Positions 31,735 to 44,386 of a stretch of DNA of 64,000 nt are shown here, one piece after another (position 1 is the stretch's first letter; each line of letters starts with the position of its first letter). Source of the DNA: an uncultured Rickettsiaceae bacterium (lineage in GTDB: Bacteria > Pseudomonadota > Alphaproteobacteria > Rickettsiales > Rickettsiaceae); NCBI GenBank assembly GCA_964468495.1, contig CAYXTI010000016.1, forward strand, positions 35,487 to 99,486, written 5' to 3'. The position numbers and the translations under genes were made by a program. Under the pieces are notes generated by a model. It made no database searches. It had not been told where the DNA came from and was given only the letters and a program-made list of their open reading frames with translations.

Positions 31735-32431
31735 TATTTTTTACTATTTTAAGTTTTAAAATAAGCATACGAACTCTTAATAACCATACTAAAAAAAAAT
31801 ATAAGATAAAAGTAAGAAACATAATGAACAAAGGAATTAGCATCTTATAATGTATAGATGGGGCTGATAATTTCATAATACTTGCAGGTTGATGTAAACC
31901 ATACCAAATATTAACTGAAAACTTTACTATTGGAATATTTATAAACCCAATTAAAGCTATTACTGAAGCTGGTTTTTCTGCTCTTAACATATTAGTTCCA
32001 CTACTAACTATAATAATATAAATAATGTATAAAAAAAATAAAATTAGCATCGAAGTTAACCTTGCATCCCATACCCACCAAGTCCCCCATATAGGGATAC
32101 CCCATAATGAGCCAGTAATTAAAGTAATAAGAGTAAAAACTGCTCCAATAGGAGAAGCAGATACAGCAAATATATAAAACATTTTACCTTTTATTACTAA
32201 TACTAAAAAACTACATATTGCAATAAAAGTATATATAGCTAAACCCATCCATGCAGCAGGAACATGAACATACATAATTCTTACTATTTCTCCTTGCTGA
32301 TAATCTGGCGGAGAAATTTTAATTGCATAAAATAATCCAATTATAAATAAAGATAACATTATAATAAAAATAATAAGCAAAAAACTAGTAGAAAGTCTAA
32401 TAAAAAAATTAGGTTTCAATACTCTTAACAT
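31715..32431 (-). CDS. ccmC: Heme exporter protein C (cytochrome c maturation system I)
   Basis: 238 aa. [18 protein letters not shown] tryptophan-rich WWD motif. 20-nt overlap with fdxA. Confidence 0.92.
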   Translation of the reverse strand: MLRVLKPNFFIRLSTSFLLIIFIIMLSLFIIGLFYAIKISPPDYQQGEIVRIMYVHVPAAWMGLAIYTFIAICSFLVLVIKGKMFYIFAVSASPIGAVFTLITLITGSLWGIPIWGTWWVWDARLTSMLILFFLYIIYIIIVSSGTNMLRAEKPASVIALIGFINIPIVKFSVNIWYGLHQPASIMKLSAPSIHYKMLIPLFIMFLTFILYFFLVWLLRVRMLILKLKIVKNNDLCSY

Positions 32432-32545
32432 TATTTAAATATTAAATTAAAATTTTTAAATACCTTGTTATAACTATAATAAAAAACAATTATAAAAAAG
32501 ATAATACATTATTACTTATCTTTATCGCTATCAAAAATCAATATT

Positions 32546-33742
32546 TTAACTGAGCTTACTAAGAGAATCTCTAATTTTAGAACAAGCCTCTATTAATAAC
32601 TCTTTTGAAATAGCATAAGAAATACGAAAATAACCTTCAATACCAAAAAAATTTCCAGCAACTAAAGCTACATTAGCATCATACAACAAATAATCTACTA
32701 TATCTTGACTTGATTTTATAGTATGTCCTGCTTTATTTTTTTTACCAAATAGCCCTTTACAATTAACAAACATAAAAAAAGTTGCTTCTGGTTTTATACA
32801 AGTTATACCATTTAATTTAGATAACATAGAAAAAACTATATCTCTTCTCTCTTTCATTATAGTTTTATTAACTTTAATATAATCTTGTGGACCATTTAAT
32901 GCTTCAATGGCTGCAACTTGACTAATCGAACAAGGGTTAGAAGTACTCTGAGATTGAATTGAAGTCATTGCTTTAATAATATTTCTATTTCCAGCCCCAT
33001 AGCCTATACGCCAGCCGGTCATAGCATAAGCTTTTGATACACCATTTACTATAAATATTCTATCCTTTAAAAAAGGAGCTACATTAACAAACGTTTGAAA
33101 AGAACTATTATTAAAAATAATATGCTCATAAATATCATCACATACAATATTAACATGTCTATTCTTGTTAAGAACTTCAGCTAATGACTTCAATTCCTCT
33201 GTATTATATATAATACCTGTTGGATTATTAGGAGAATTAAGTATAAACCATTTAGTTTTTGATGTAATAGCATTACTTAACTGTTGAGCCGTTAATTTAA
33301 AATTATTATCTGTTAAGATAAAAACAGGCTTTCCCTGGGATAATAAAACAATATCACGATAAGATCCCCAGTATGGAATTGGAATAATAACTTCATCGTT
33401 TTGATTGATAGTTGCAGTAAATAAATTATATAAAACATGCTTTGCACCAGCTCCTATAATAATCTCATCCAATTGATATTTTAACTTATTTTCACGTTCT
33501 AATTTCCTACATACTGCTTCCTTTAATTCTATCATCCCACCGGGTTGAGTATATTTTGTTTTTCCTTGATTAATTGCTTTTATTGCAGCAGCTTTTATAT
33601 TACTTGGAGTATCAAAATCTGGTTCCCCTAATTCGAGGCCAATTACATTAACTCCTTTTTTTTTTAACTCTAGCACTTTAGAAGCCATACCTGTAGTTGC
33701 TGAATGCTTAACTAACTCCAACTTTTTAGACAAGATTAACAT
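32546..33742 (-). CDS. aatA: Aspartate/aromatic aminotransferase, class I PLP enzyme
   Basis: 398 aa. NSPNNPTG, GVSKAYAMTGWRIGY (PLP lysine) and FRISYA motifs. Confidence 0.9.
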   Translation of the reverse strand: MLILSKKLELVKHSATTGMASKVLELKKKGVNVIGLELGEPDFDTPSNIKAAAIKAINQGKTKYTQPGGMIELKEAVCRKLERENKLKYQLDEIIIGAGAKHVLYNLFTATINQNDEVIIPIPYWGSYRDIVLLSQGKPVFILTDNNFKLTAQQLSNAITSKTKWFILNSPNNPTGIIYNTEELKSLAEVLNKNRHVNIVCDDIYEHIIFNNSSFQTFVNVAPFLKDRIFIVNGVSKAYAMTGWRIGYGAGNRNIIKAMTSIQSQSTSNPCSISQVAAIEALNGPQDYIKVNKTIMKERRDIVFSMLSKLNGITCIKPEATFFMFVNCKGLFGKKNKAGHTIKSSQDIVDYLLYDANVALVAGNFFGIEGYFRISYAISKELLIEACSKIRDSLSKLS

Positions 33743-34310
33743 AATTAAATAAATTCTTCTTAAATTCGATAAAAAGCTAATATATACTATTAAATATATA
33801 CGATTTAATATTAAATAGCTTTATAAAGAAAAATAATAAAAAGCTATCTCTTAAAACATTATACACATATAATATTAAATAATAAATAACTATTGATACA
33901 AATATGATTAACAATTTATTATTCTCTAAACTACAACATAAATTATTATACTTAATAAAAAAAAGCGATAAATTATATTGTAAAAGTAAGTACTTATATA
34001 AGTAAATTTAAAAATTACAAACAAAAAATAATTAATTCATATTTATCTATTGCTATATATAACATATATAATAATAATCTTATCCATGCACTTTTTAGGT
34101 TAAAATTGCTTAATAAATTATTATTAGGTTCAAATGATAAAAGAGTATCTTACTGGCTAGGATGCCTATATTTCTTCTATAATGATTATAAAAACGCAAT
34201 AATATATTAAAAAAAGCAAAAAAAAAAGATAAAATAAAATTATTAAGCTTTATTCAAATATTGATTCAGTATCTTCTATTCCTAGTGGAGGATACTCTTT
34301 ATACCGAGAT

Positions 34311-34951
34311 GTGATATCTCTTAATTTTAAAATGAAATTCTCTTCGCCTCAATCTAATATAGCTCAAGCATTAGTTACTCAATTAATAAAATCATTAATT
34401 GCTAACAGATTACCTAATAACTATTCTATTCTAGAACTAGGAAGTAACGTTGGCCAACTAGCATATGAAGTTCATATGCGTATGCCAGAAAAATTTTATT
34501 TTCTAGGAATCGAACCATCTAAAAAAATGATAGCAAGACAGAAAAGAAATAATAATGAATTAATTAATAAATCATATGATTCTATTATTCACTCTCCTAT
34601 TAAAAGATTTTTAGCAAAAAAACATAAAACTAAATATAATATTATATTTAGTTTAGATACAATATCTTATGATAAGAACTTAAAAAATGTTTTAATAAAA
34701 ATCTTAAATTTATTATTACCGGAAGGTTTTTTTCGTTTTGTATTCAAACCTCATTTACATCAGAAAAGATGTTCTTTTCTAGAGATAAAATACAATTTAT
34801 TTTTTTACATACAGATATAGTAGCTATCATAGCAGGACTTAATATTACCTTAGTTGCTGAAGAGATTATTACTCTTGATTTACAACATAATTATTCTCTG
34901 TTTACCATCCAAAAAATAAAAACTAATAATAACCCACACTTGCTAAAATAA
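34311..34951 (+). pseudogene. Class I SAM-dependent methyltransferase, apparently frameshifted
   Basis: Two overlapping ORFs in different frames (34311..34820 and 34769..34951). The first has motif I ILELGSNVGQ and LLLPEGFFRFVF. The second supplies a plausible C-terminus (FLHTDIVAIIAGLNITLVAEE). The frame change is near cagaaaagatg at about 34760-34775. Confidence 0.5.
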
Positions 34952-34981
34952 TTTCTATCATGTTTTTTATAAACTTATTTA

Positions 34982-36988
34982 TCATTCCTCATACTCTAGC
35001 AAAGTTTGTCCTACTGTAACATTTTCGTTAACTAAAACTAATACCTTATCAACCTTACCATCTCTATCTGCAGTAATAATATTTTCCATTTTCATAGCTG
35101 TTAAGGTAAATAAATTCTGTCCTACTACAACTTTATCCCCTTCCTTTACATTAACCATAATAATCTGACCAGATAATGGTGCAACTAATGGACCACTATT
35201 ATCTAGCAAAACCTTACTAGGAAGCATTAATGATTCAAGCTCTGATAATCTTGGTGACCTTACATAGGCTGATACCGTTACACCAGAATATGTTAATTTA
35301 TAACCAGTATTAATATTTTTTACTTTAACATTTACCTTTCTTCCACTAATATTTGCTGAAAATAAGTGATTTCCAATATTCCATGTACTTTTTATTGATA
35401 TGCGATTATTTTCGTACCTAATATTATAACCATCAGTTATTTTTTTTATAATAACAGAAATTTGATAATCTTCTATTGAGACCACCCACCTAGTTCCTAA
35501 ATTATTTATTTGATCCATAATTTGCCCAGGAATAGAAGCTGCTCTTTCTTGTTCAGCCATGTATATAAATAAAGCAGTCGATAAAAATACTTCAGTAATC
35601 TCAGATGTTATAGTTGCTCCTGAAAACCCTTCTGGATATTCTTCTTCTATAAATTCTGTATTAATATCTCCAGAGATAAACCGATGATTATGTATTAATG
35701 CCTCTAAAAAACTAATATTATGAGAAATACCTTGAATAACAAATGAGCTTAAAGCTTTTCCCATTCGTTTAATAGCATCTTCTCTAGTATCACTATAAAT
35801 ACATAACTTTGCAATCATTGTATCATAATACATACTTACTTCTGCACCATGCCTAATACCACTATCTACTCTTACATAGTCACTTTTAGGAGGCTCTTGA
35901 TAATCTATTATTCTTCCACTAGATGGTAAAAAAGCTCTTAGAGGATCTTCTGCACAAATTCTACACTCTATTGCCCAGCCAGAAAATTTTATATCTTCTT
36001 GACTAAATGAAAGCTTTTCAGTAGCTGCAATCCTTACCATTTGTTCTACAAGATCAATACCTGTTATTAATTCTGTAACAGGATGTTCAACTTGCAACCT
36101 AGTATTCATTTCTAAAAAATAATAATTCCTATTACTATCCATCATAAATTCAACTGTCCCAACCGAATAGTAATTAACTTTTTTAGCAAGAGATACTACT
36201 TCTTTATACATTTTATTTCTTGTTATACTATCAATAAATGTACTAGGTGCTTCTTCTATTATTTTTTGATGATGCCTTTGAATAGAACATTCTCTTTCTC
36301 CTAGACATACTATATTTCCATGTTGATCAGCTATTACCTGTATTTCAATATGACGAGGAGCTAAAATTAATTTTTCAATAAATACTCTATCATCAGAAAA
36401 ACTATTTTCCGCTTCAAATTTAGCAGATTTATAAGCTTTTTCCATTTCTAATGCATTATTAACAACTCTCATCCCTCTTCCTCCTCCTCCAGCCGTTGCT
36501 TTAATAATAACTGGGAATCCGATACCCTCAGCTATTTCTATAGCTTGTTCTAAACTATGAATTATTCCCATATAACCAGGTACAGTACTTACTCCAGAAT
36601 CGATAGCTATTTTTTTAGCTTCAATTTTATCTCCCATACTTTTTATCACTTTTGCACTTGGGCCAATTAAAATAATCCCCTCTCGTTTTAATGAATTAGC
36701 AAAATTTGCATTTTCAGATAAAAAACCATAGCCAGGATGCACAGCCTGCGCACCACTTTCTTTTGCTGCTAATATTATGTTTTTTATTGAAAGATAGCTT
36801 TTGGTAGAAGAAGAATTACCTATATAACAAGCTTCATCAGCATATTCGACATAACGTTCATTTGCATCAACTTCAGAGTAGACTGCAACAGACTTTATTG
36901 CCATCTTTTTTAATGTCTTCATAATTCTAAGAGCTATTTCTCCTCGATTTGCAACTAATATCTTTTCAAATAAAGGACCTGTGCTCAT
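34982..36988 (-). CDS. pccA: Propionyl-CoA carboxylase alpha subunit (biotin carboxylase plus BCCP)
   Basis: 668 aa. KILVANRGEIALRI, ATP-grasp GGGGRGMR and the C-terminal biotinylation motif AMKMEN. Confidence 0.92.
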   Translation of the reverse strand: MSTGPLFEKILVANRGEIALRIMKTLKKMAIKSVAVYSEVDANERYVEYADEACYIGNSSSTKSYLSIKNIILAAKESGAQAVHPGYGFLSENANFANSLKREGIILIGPSAKVIKSMGDKIEAKKIAIDSGVSTVPGYMGIIHSLEQAIEIAEGIGFPVIIKATAGGGGRGMRVVNNALEMEKAYKSAKFEAENSFSDDRVFIEKLILAPRHIEIQVIADQHGNIVCLGERECSIQRHHQKIIEEAPSTFIDSITRNKMYKEVVSLAKKVNYYSVGTVEFMMDSNRNYYFLEMNTRLQVEHPVTELITGIDLVEQMVRIAATEKLSFSQEDIKFSGWAIECRICAEDPLRAFLPSSGRIIDYQEPPKSDYVRVDSGIRHGAEVSMYYDTMIAKLCIYSDTREDAIKRMGKALSSFVIQGISHNISFLEALIHNHRFISGDINTEFIEEEYPEGFSGATITSEITEVFLSTALFIYMAEQERAASIPGQIMDQINNLGTRWVVSIEDYQISVIIKKITDGYNIRYENNRISIKSTWNIGNHLFSANISGRKVNVKVKNINTGYKLTYSGVTVSAYVRSPRLSELESLMLPSKVLLDNSGPLVAPLSGQIIMVNVKEGDKVVVGQNLFTLTAMKMENIITADRDGKVDKVLVLVNENVTVGQTLLEYEE

Positions 36989-37018
36989 AAAAATACTATA
37001 TTGTTATTTAATTAATGA

Positions 37019-38569
37019 TTATAAAGGAAGATTATCATGTTTTTTCCAAGGTAATTGAACCTTTTTACTATGTAAATATCTTAAAGATTTACATATTCTC
37101 CACCTTGTATTTTGAGGCGTAATAATATCATCGAAATATCCTCTTGCTGCTCCAATAAATGGAGAAGTAACTGTATTTTTATACTCAGCAATTTTTTGAG
37201 CTTTTAAAACAGGATCTTTACATTCTTGACGAAAAATAATCTCTGCAGCACCTTCAGCTCCCATAACAGATATTTCTGAATTAACCCATGCATAATTATT
37301 ATCGCCTTTAAGATGTTTTGAATTCATTACAATATATGCTCCTCCATATGCTTTTCTAGTTATAACAGTAATCTTAGGAACAGTAGCCTCAGCATAGGCA
37401 TATAGTAACTTTGCTCCATGCTTAATTATTCCATTACATTCTTGGTCTATGCCTGGAAGAAAACCCGGAACATCTACCAAAGTAATAATAGGAATGTTAA
37501 AAGCATCACAAAAACGAATAAAACGAGCAGCTTTTCTCGATGCATTAATATCAATACATCCTGCTAAACAATTTGGCTGATTTGCTACAAAACCAACTGG
37601 GCTGCCTTCCATATAACTAAATCCAATTATAATATTTTTAGCATACTCCTTTTGTATTTCAAAAAAATCACCTTCATCAACTATACGAAAAATTAACTCT
37701 TTCATATCATACACTCTATCTAGTGATAATGGAACTAACCTATTAAGAGACATATCAATACGATCAGCTGGATCACTTGTATCTCTTTTTGGAAGAATCC
37801 CTTTATTAGATAAAGGAAGAAAATTAAAAAACCTTCTTGTTTCAAGTAAAGCTTCTATCTCATTATCAAAAACTAAATCAGCTACACCAGATTTAGTAGA
37901 ATGCATTTTTGCTCCCCCTAGTTTTTCTTGTGATATCACTTCTCCAGTAACTGTCTTAATTACATCTGGACCAGTTACAAACATATAAGATGATCTTTCT
38001 ACCATAAAAATAAAATCAGTTAAAGCTGGAGAATATACTGCTCCTCCAGCACATGGTCCCATTACCAAAGTAATTTGAGGAATTACCCCTGAGGCAACAA
38101 CATTTCTTTGAAATAATTCTCCATACCCACCAAGCGCATCTATTCCTTCTTGAATTCTAGCTCCTCCAGAATCGTTAATTCCTATTACAGGAGCTCCTAC
38201 TTTCATAGCAGAATCTATTACATTACATATTTTTTTAGCATGATATTCACCTAATGATCCCCCTAATACAGTAAAATCTTGACTATAAACAAATACTAAC
38301 CTACCATTTATTGTTCCTCTTCCAGTAATAACTCCATCACCTAAATATTTTTTATCCTCCATACCAAAATTATCACACCTATGTTCTACAAACATACCTA
38401 TTTCTTCAAAACTATCAGAATCCAACAATACTTCTATCCTTTCTCTTGCCAATAATTTTCCTTTTTCACGTTGGTTTAAAATTTTTTTTGGCCCCCCTCC
38501 CTGGGTAGCAATACTTATCTTTCTACTTAGAAATGCCTGTTTTTCTTGTAATGTAGTGATAGGACTCAT
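37019..38569 (-). CDS. pccB: Propionyl-CoA carboxylase beta subunit (carboxyltransferase)
   Basis: 516 aa. [32 protein letters not shown]. Adjacent to pccA. Confidence 0.92.
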   Translation of the reverse strand: MSPITTLQEKQAFLSRKISIATQGGGPKKILNQREKGKLLARERIEVLLDSDSFEEIGMFVEHRCDNFGMEDKKYLGDGVITGRGTINGRLVFVYSQDFTVLGGSLGEYHAKKICNVIDSAMKVGAPVIGINDSGGARIQEGIDALGGYGELFQRNVVASGVIPQITLVMGPCAGGAVYSPALTDFIFMVERSSYMFVTGPDVIKTVTGEVISQEKLGGAKMHSTKSGVADLVFDNEIEALLETRRFFNFLPLSNKGILPKRDTSDPADRIDMSLNRLVPLSLDRVYDMKELIFRIVDEGDFFEIQKEYAKNIIIGFSYMEGSPVGFVANQPNCLAGCIDINASRKAARFIRFCDAFNIPIITLVDVPGFLPGIDQECNGIIKHGAKLLYAYAEATVPKITVITRKAYGGAYIVMNSKHLKGDNNYAWVNSEISVMGAEGAAEIIFRQECKDPVLKAQKIAEYKNTVTSPFIGAARGYFDDIITPQNTRWRICKSLRYLHSKKVQLPWKKHDNLPL

Positions 38570-38901
38570 AATATATATTAATATTTATTAATGCTTTCAA
38601 TTAATTTCTTCAACTATAACTTATTCAGCAAGAATTACAAAAACTTTTGTAAATATTAGTTACTATTTATTAAAATATAGCAAACCGTACTAAAAACCCA
38701 CTTAAAACTACTTTCCTATATTTATCAGAAGGTTAAATATAAATTCTTTTTTAGATTTCATATAAAAACTTAAACAAATAAAAACAATAACTTATGGCTC
38801 TTTTATACTCTCAACTTTAATCTCTATAATTTAATCATCTTAGTACTAACTCACCACCATTATTAGTTATTTTATTTATCTATCTTTTAGCTAAAATATA
38901 G

Positions 38902-38930
38902 ATAAAGATATTATTTCTTAATATCTTTAT
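38902..38930 (-). terminator. Candidate intrinsic terminator of clpX (12-bp stem, 5-nt loop)
   Basis: ataaagatatta / tttct / taatatctttat read directly. Lies about 60 nt downstream of the clpX stop. Only a partial U tract on the minus strand. Confidence 0.4.
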
Positions 38931-38991
38931 AAATCATAGATTGTGCAATTTACCTTACTAAAAAAATATGCCGTTAATAGCAAAAAATAAA

Positions 38992-40275
38992 CTATACTGC
39001 TATCTTTTTTTTCAGATGATTATTATTATCTTTTTCTATTCCTATAGATTGGATTATTACATCCTTATTATTTAATACAATATCTTTATTTATTAGAACC
39101 TTCTTATTCATTAAATCTGAAAAATTATACATTGTTTCAAGTAATAAATCTTCTATAATAGCTCTTAAACACCTAGCTCCAGTTTTATATTTTAAAGCTT
39201 TTTCAGCAATTGCTTCAAGAGCATCATCTTCAATAATGAGCTGTGCACCATTTAAAGAAAATAACTTCTTATACTGCTTTACAATAGCATTCTTTGGTTC
39301 TATTAAAATCCTAATTAAAGATTCTTTATCTAATTCCTGCAAAGTAGAAATAACAGGCAATCGTCCTATAAACTCAGGAATCATTCCAAATTTTATAATA
39401 TCTTCTACTTGTAAATTCTCTAATATATCACTATCACGTCTTTGCTCTTTAGTAATAACATTTGCTCCAAAACCAATAGAATTACCATTACTCCTTGTGT
39501 GTATAATATTTTCTATGCCCATAAAGGATCCGCCACAAATAAACAATATATTTGTAGTATCAATTTGAATAAAATCTTGCTGTGGATGCTTTCTTCCACC
39601 TTGAGGAGGAATATAAGCTACAGTTCCTTCAATAATTTTTAGTAAAGCCTGTTGTACTCCTTCTCCTGATACATCTCGTGTAATTGAAAGATTTTCTGAC
39701 TTTTTAGCAATTTTATCTATTTCATCTATATAGACTATACCTTTTTGTACTTTTTCTACATTAAAATCTGCTGCTTGTAAAAGACGTAACAATATATTTT
39801 CTACATCCTCTCCAACATATCCTGCTTCAGTAAGAGAAGTAGCATCCGCCATAGTAAAAGGAACATTAAGCATTTTTGCTAAAGTTTGGGCAAGCAATGT
39901 TTTTCCAGAACCTGTAGACCCAATTAACAATATATTAGACTTACTTAACTCTACTCCATCCTTATCCTTTTTTAAATTTGCTAAACGTTTATAATGGTTA
40001 TAGACTGCGACTGATAAAACCTTTTTTGCTTTACTTTGGCCAATTACATGTTCATCTAAAGTTTGATATATTTGCTTAGGAGAAGGAATAGATAATAAAA
40101 CATCATCAAAATTAGATATATTCTCCTCTGTAATTATCTCAATACATATCTCAATACATTCGTTACAAATAAAAACATTAGGACCTGATATAGATCCAGC
40201 TATTAATTTTTTTATTTCATATTGATTTTTTCCACAAAATGAGCATTTTACTGATTTTTTGCTAACTTCTCCCAC
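38992..40275 (-). CDS. clpX: ATP-dependent Clp protease ATP-binding subunit ClpX
   Basis: CSFCGK...CNEC zinc finger, [12 protein letters not shown] Walker A, VYIDEIDK Walker B. Confidence 0.97.
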   Translation of the reverse strand: MGEVSKKSVKCSFCGKNQYEIKKLIAGSISGPNVFICNECIEICIEIITEENISNFDDVLLSIPSPKQIYQTLDEHVIGQSKAKKVLSVAVYNHYKRLANLKKDKDGVELSKSNILLIGSTGSGKTLLAQTLAKMLNVPFTMADATSLTEAGYVGEDVENILLRLLQAADFNVEKVQKGIVYIDEIDKIAKKSENLSITRDVSGEGVQQALLKIIEGTVAYIPPQGGRKHPQQDFIQIDTTNILFICGGSFMGIENIIHTRSNGNSIGFGANVITKEQRRDSDILENLQVEDIIKFGMIPEFIGRLPVISTLQELDKESLIRILIEPKNAIVKQYKKLFSLNGAQLIIEDDALEAIAEKALKYKTGARCLRAIIEDLLLETMYNFSDLMNKKVLINKDIVLNNKDVIIQSIGIEKDNNNHLKKKIAV

Positions 40276-40448
40276 TATATTATCTCCATTACTAATTTTT
40301 TATCAAATACTAACTAATTAATTGTTTTTTATTAATAACCATTAGTGTTACTTATATTTTATAAAATTTTACATTAACTTACTTAACATTATCAATTAAT
40401 CATATATAGGTCTTTTTGTAAAGTAGTATAATACAATTCAGCATTTAG

Positions 40449-41054
40449 TTAACTATTTACCTTTTTAATTATATCTCGATTATATATTATTTTATCAATT
40501 AAACCAAAATCCTGAGCCTCTTGAGCTGACATAAAATTATCTCGTTCCATACTTAAAGCTATTTCGCTTACAGATTTTCCTGTATGAGTAGAGTATATAT
40601 CTTGCAATAGCTTTTTAATTTTTAAAACTTCTCTAGCATGAATTTCAATATCAGTAGCCTGTCCTCTATATCCTCCTAAGGGCTGATGAATCATTATTCT
40701 ACTATTAGGCAGAGCATATCTCATTCCTTTTTCACCAGCTAACAATATAGTAGCAGCCATTGAACAAGCTTGACCTATGCACAATGTAACAATTTTTGAT
40801 CTTATGTACTGCATTGTATCATATACTGCCATTCCGGCAGAAACAATCCCACCAGGAGAGTTAATATACATATAAATATCTTTATCAGGACTTTCTGCTT
40901 CTAAAAATAAGAGTTGAGCTACTATTAAATTAGCCATTTTCTCTTCAAATTCACCACAAACAAACACTATACGTTCTTTTAGCAATCTAGAATAGATATC
41001 ATATGATCTTTCACCTTTTACACTTTGCTCTACTACTATTGGAATATATGGCAT
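40449..41054 (-). CDS. clpP: ATP-dependent Clp protease proteolytic subunit
   Basis: 201 aa. [17 protein letters not shown] and GQACSMAA (active-site Ser). Good RBS agaagga upstream. Confidence 0.97.
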   Translation of the reverse strand: MPYIPIVVEQSVKGERSYDIYSRLLKERIVFVCGEFEEKMANLIVAQLLFLEAESPDKDIYMYINSPGGIVSAGMAVYDTMQYIRSKIVTLCIGQACSMAATILLAGEKGMRYALPNSRIMIHQPLGGYRGQATDIEIHAREVLKIKKLLQDIYSTHTGKSVSEIALSMERDNFMSAQEAQDFGLIDKIIYNRDIIKKVNS

Positions 41055-41277
41055 TATCCTTCTCTTAAAATATTTATGTTATTCAACTATAAAATATAAC
41101 TAACCAATATAATTAAATTTTAAATATATAAAAATTTATTTAATAATGATATCATATAATAATATTTATAACAAAACACAGATAATTTTTGTTACAATTA
41201 TCTAACTTATATACTGTTTTTTAATAAAAACAAGTTTTTTTATATAAGCAAATTATAGCTCAAACTTTAATAACCGC

Positions 41278-43125
41278 CTAAAATTTAATAAATTTATTAC
41301 CCTTTAATAATGATATAATAAATGATATAGCTATTAAAGCAACTGAAAACCATATAATACTTATAAATGGTTTATAGTATATTTCTGCATATATAATACC
41401 ATCTTCTATTTTATTTAAAATAGCATATAAATCATAAAAAAAATAAGAGTAAATAGATGCTTCATAAGACAGAGCATTTTCAATTTTATACAATCTATTT
41501 TCTGGCTGTAATAAAACATAATTATTACGATATTTATCATATACTGAAAATATCACTATTTGCTGATAATAATTATAAGACTTAGAAAACTTTATATCTT
41601 CTAATTTTATAGTAAAATTTTTATTATCTACTACATCGCCTATTTTTCCAATAAATTGAGTTTCAGTAGAAAGTATAGTATTTAAAGTAATACTCAAGAC
41701 AAGAATTCCAAAACCCAAATGACCTACAAATAAAGCTAACCTTCTCATATCTATTTTATTTTTTATAGGATTTATAACAACAAAGAAAAAATCTAATGTT
41801 TGTATAAGTAAATAACTAGAAGCAAAAACTAATAAACACTCAATAAGATTTAATTTTATAAACTTATTAACAATAAAAGTAGTTATGGTTATAAGAATAA
41901 GATAAAATAAATATTTAGAATATTTTGCATTCATTATTTGAGGGGTAATTGCTCCTATTATTACTATAGGAATAAAAATAGGAATAAATATTGTTATATA
42001 ATATTCTGGATCAATCATTATCTCTAGATTATAAAAACACTTAATATATATAGGATATATAATTCCTATTAATAATGAGATAAGACTAAGACACCACAAA
42101 ATATTAGCAAAAAGTACATATTTTTCTTGAATATTAGCTATTTGGTAAAAAGTAACATTATCTTTTTTTAACATAAACACTACTATACTCAATATAGTCA
42201 TAATAATAGATACTAATAATAAATAGCTAGCACTGTTATTATTAAAAGCAAAGCTATGAATAGAACTTATTATAGTACTACGAATAAAAAAAATACTATA
42301 TAAAACTAATAAAAAAGATAAGATAGAAAAACAAATACTACTTCTTAAATATTTATCTGATTTTATTGTAATAACTAAAAAATGATATAAGCAAATTCCA
42401 CATAACCACGGTAATAAAGAAATATTTTCTACAGGATCAAAAAACCAAAATCCTCCCCATCCAAACTCCCTATAAGCCCACCAAGAACCTAACCCTATGC
42501 CTAAAGATAAAAAAAACAGACCAAAATTTAAAAAAAATTTACTTATTAATAAAATTTTTTTTCTAAAGTCTGGAAAAAATAATAATAAATAACCATTAGT
42601 AAACAATACTATATAAGTAACCTGACCTAAATATATCAAAGGAGGATGCACAGCAAGAGCAAAATCCTGCAGCACTGGATTTAAACCTAAACCTTCGCTA
42701 GGTTTATTTTGAAATTTTTCAAAAATATTTACTGCAAAATAAATAAATCCAGAAAAAAAACTTTTTACTATACTAATAATAGTGATACGATATGAATCTA
42801 TTCTAGTATCCATAGGAAAAAAATAAATATAAAAAAAACTTACTAAGGATAACAAACCTAACCATAACATAATAGATCCTTCATAACTTGCCCAGCTAGC
42901 TGCTATTCTATAAATGAAAGGTTGGATTGTACTAGAATTTAAAAAAATATTTTTCAGTGAGAAATCAAATAATATAAAAGCTAAAATTAATAACAAAAAA
43001 GCTATTATAGAAGATAAAACTGAGCTAAAAAAAGTATATTTTTTAAATTTATAAGGAATAAAAATAGTCCCTAAAGAAAATATAAATGACATTAGCAATA
43101 AACAGTTACCAAATATATTAATCAC
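41278..43125 (-). CDS. ccmF: Cytochrome c-type biogenesis protein CcmF (heme lyase component)
   Basis: 615-aa polytopic ORF. WGGFWFFDPVEN WWD-type motif. Apparent GTG start at 43125 overlapping the tlyC stop by 8 nt. Confidence 0.9.
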   Translation of the reverse strand: MINIFGNCLLLMSFIFSLGTIFIPYKFKKYTFFSSVLSSIIAFLLLILAFILFDFSLKNIFLNSSTIQPFIYRIAASWASYEGSIMLWLGLLSLVSFFYIYFFPMDTRIDSYRITIISIVKSFFSGFIYFAVNIFEKFQNKPSEGLGLNPVLQDFALAVHPPLIYLGQVTYIVLFTNGYLLLFFPDFRKKILLISKFFLNFGLFFLSLGIGLGSWWAYREFGWGGFWFFDPVENISLLPWLCGICLYHFLVITIKSDKYLRSSICFSILSFLLVLYSIFFIRSTIISSIHSFAFNNNSASYLLLVSIIMTILSIVVFMLKKDNVTFYQIANIQEKYVLFANILWCLSLISLLIGIIYPIYIKCFYNLEIMIDPEYYITIFIPIFIPIVIIGAITPQIMNAKYSKYLFYLILITITTFIVNKFIKLNLIECLLVFASSYLLIQTLDFFFVVINPIKNKIDMRRLALFVGHLGFGILVLSITLNTILSTETQFIGKIGDVVDNKNFTIKLEDIKFSKSYNYYQQIVIFSVYDKYRNNYVLLQPENRLYKIENALSYEASIYSYFFYDLYAILNKIEDGIIYAEIYYKPFISIIWFSVALIAISFIISLLKGNKFIKF

Positions 43126-44386
43126 TTTTATTTTCTTTTTTGATATCTGAAAGTATTATTACCTGAACTAACTTAACACGATTAGACAATTTTTTATTTA
43201 CAATTAATTTTAAATTACCTACTATGATAAAATCACCATAATTAGGAATCCGATTCATTAAAGTAATCATCAATCCTGATAAAGTTATTGCTTCTGTTTC
43301 TGGCAAATGCCACCTTAATTCTCTATTTAAATCTCTAATTGGCATTGATCCATCAATTATATATTCAATATCAGATTTTTTAATAATATCTTCTTTACCA
43401 TTGTCATATTCATCATAGATTTGTCCAACTATTTCTTCTAAAATATCTTCTATAGTTATAATTCCTTGTAAATCTCCATATTCATCAACTACAAAAGCCA
43501 TATGACTTTTTCCAACACGAAAATTTTTTAATTGTTGTATTAATAACACATTATCGGGAACAAATACTGGCGGTGTCAATAATTCCAATAATTTTATATT
43601 ATTTACATAATAATTATTAGCATAAATTTTATGTAATAAATCTCTTATATGCAAGACACCAACTACATTATCTTTATTATCTAACCAAACAGGTATTCTA
43701 GTATAATTACTTGTAAGAATAATCTTCATAATATTATCAATAGGATAATTAATATTAATATCTAATACATTACTACGATGAGTCATTATATCTGATACAG
43801 TCATATCCCTTATATTTAGTACCCCTCCTAACATATCACCATCATCTCTATATACATTTCCTTCTTGGATATGATGTTCAATCATACCTCGTACTTCATC
43901 TGCACCAGAAGATACTGGTTGTATGTTATTAATACGAAATATAAAAAATATAGAACGAACTATATAACTTACTAATATAGTTAGAGGTGATAATAATTTA
44001 AGAAATAATTTTAGCATATCGGCAGTTACTAAAACAATTTTTTCTGGATTAATAACTGCTATCGCCTTAGGTATTACTTCTGCAAATATAATAATTATTG
44101 TAGACATCAATATAGAAGACGTTAAAGTTCCTCTACTATCACCTAGCAAATCTATAAATACTCTTGTTGCTAAGCTTGTGCATAAGATATTCGAAATATT
44201 ATTACCAATCAATAACGTACTTATTACTTCATTTTTTATTTTTAAAATTTTTAGTATTTTTTGTGAATTTTTAGCATATTTAGATTTATATACATGAATT
44301 TTTCCTGGAGAAGTAGCAGTAATTGCTGTTTCCATTGCAGAAATAAAAGCTGATAAAACAATTAATATAATAATAACAACTAGCAT
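43118..44386 (-). CDS. tlyC: Hemolysin C-type DUF21/CBS/CorC_HlyC transporter-associated protein
   Basis: 422 aa. N-terminal four-TM DUF21, tandem CBS region (IMTHRSNV...), C-terminal CorC/HlyC domain. Confidence 0.85.
   Translation of the reverse strand: MLVVIIILIVLSAFISAMETAITATSPGKIHVYKSKYAKNSQKILKILKIKNEVISTLLIGNNISNILCTSLATRVFIDLLGDSRGTLTSSILMSTIIIIFAEVIPKAIAVINPEKIVLVTADMLKLFLKLLSPLTILVSYIVRSIFFIFRINNIQPVSSGADEVRGMIEHHIQEGNVYRDDGDMLGGVLNIRDMTVSDIMTHRSNVLDININYPIDNIMKIILTSNYTRIPVWLDNKDNVVGVLHIRDLLHKIYANNYYVNNIKLLELLTPPVFVPDNVLLIQQLKNFRVGKSHMAFVVDEYGDLQGIITIEDILEEIVGQIYDEYDNGKEDIIKKSDIEYIIDGSMPIRDLNRELRWHLPETEAITLSGLMITLMNRIPNYGDFIIVGNLKLIVNKKLSNRVKLVQVIILSDIKKENKSD

Noticed and set aside
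39236-39642. Two overlapping plus-strand ORFs (110 and 66 aa) inside clpX.
   Set aside because: They are antisense to ClpX and have no independent support.
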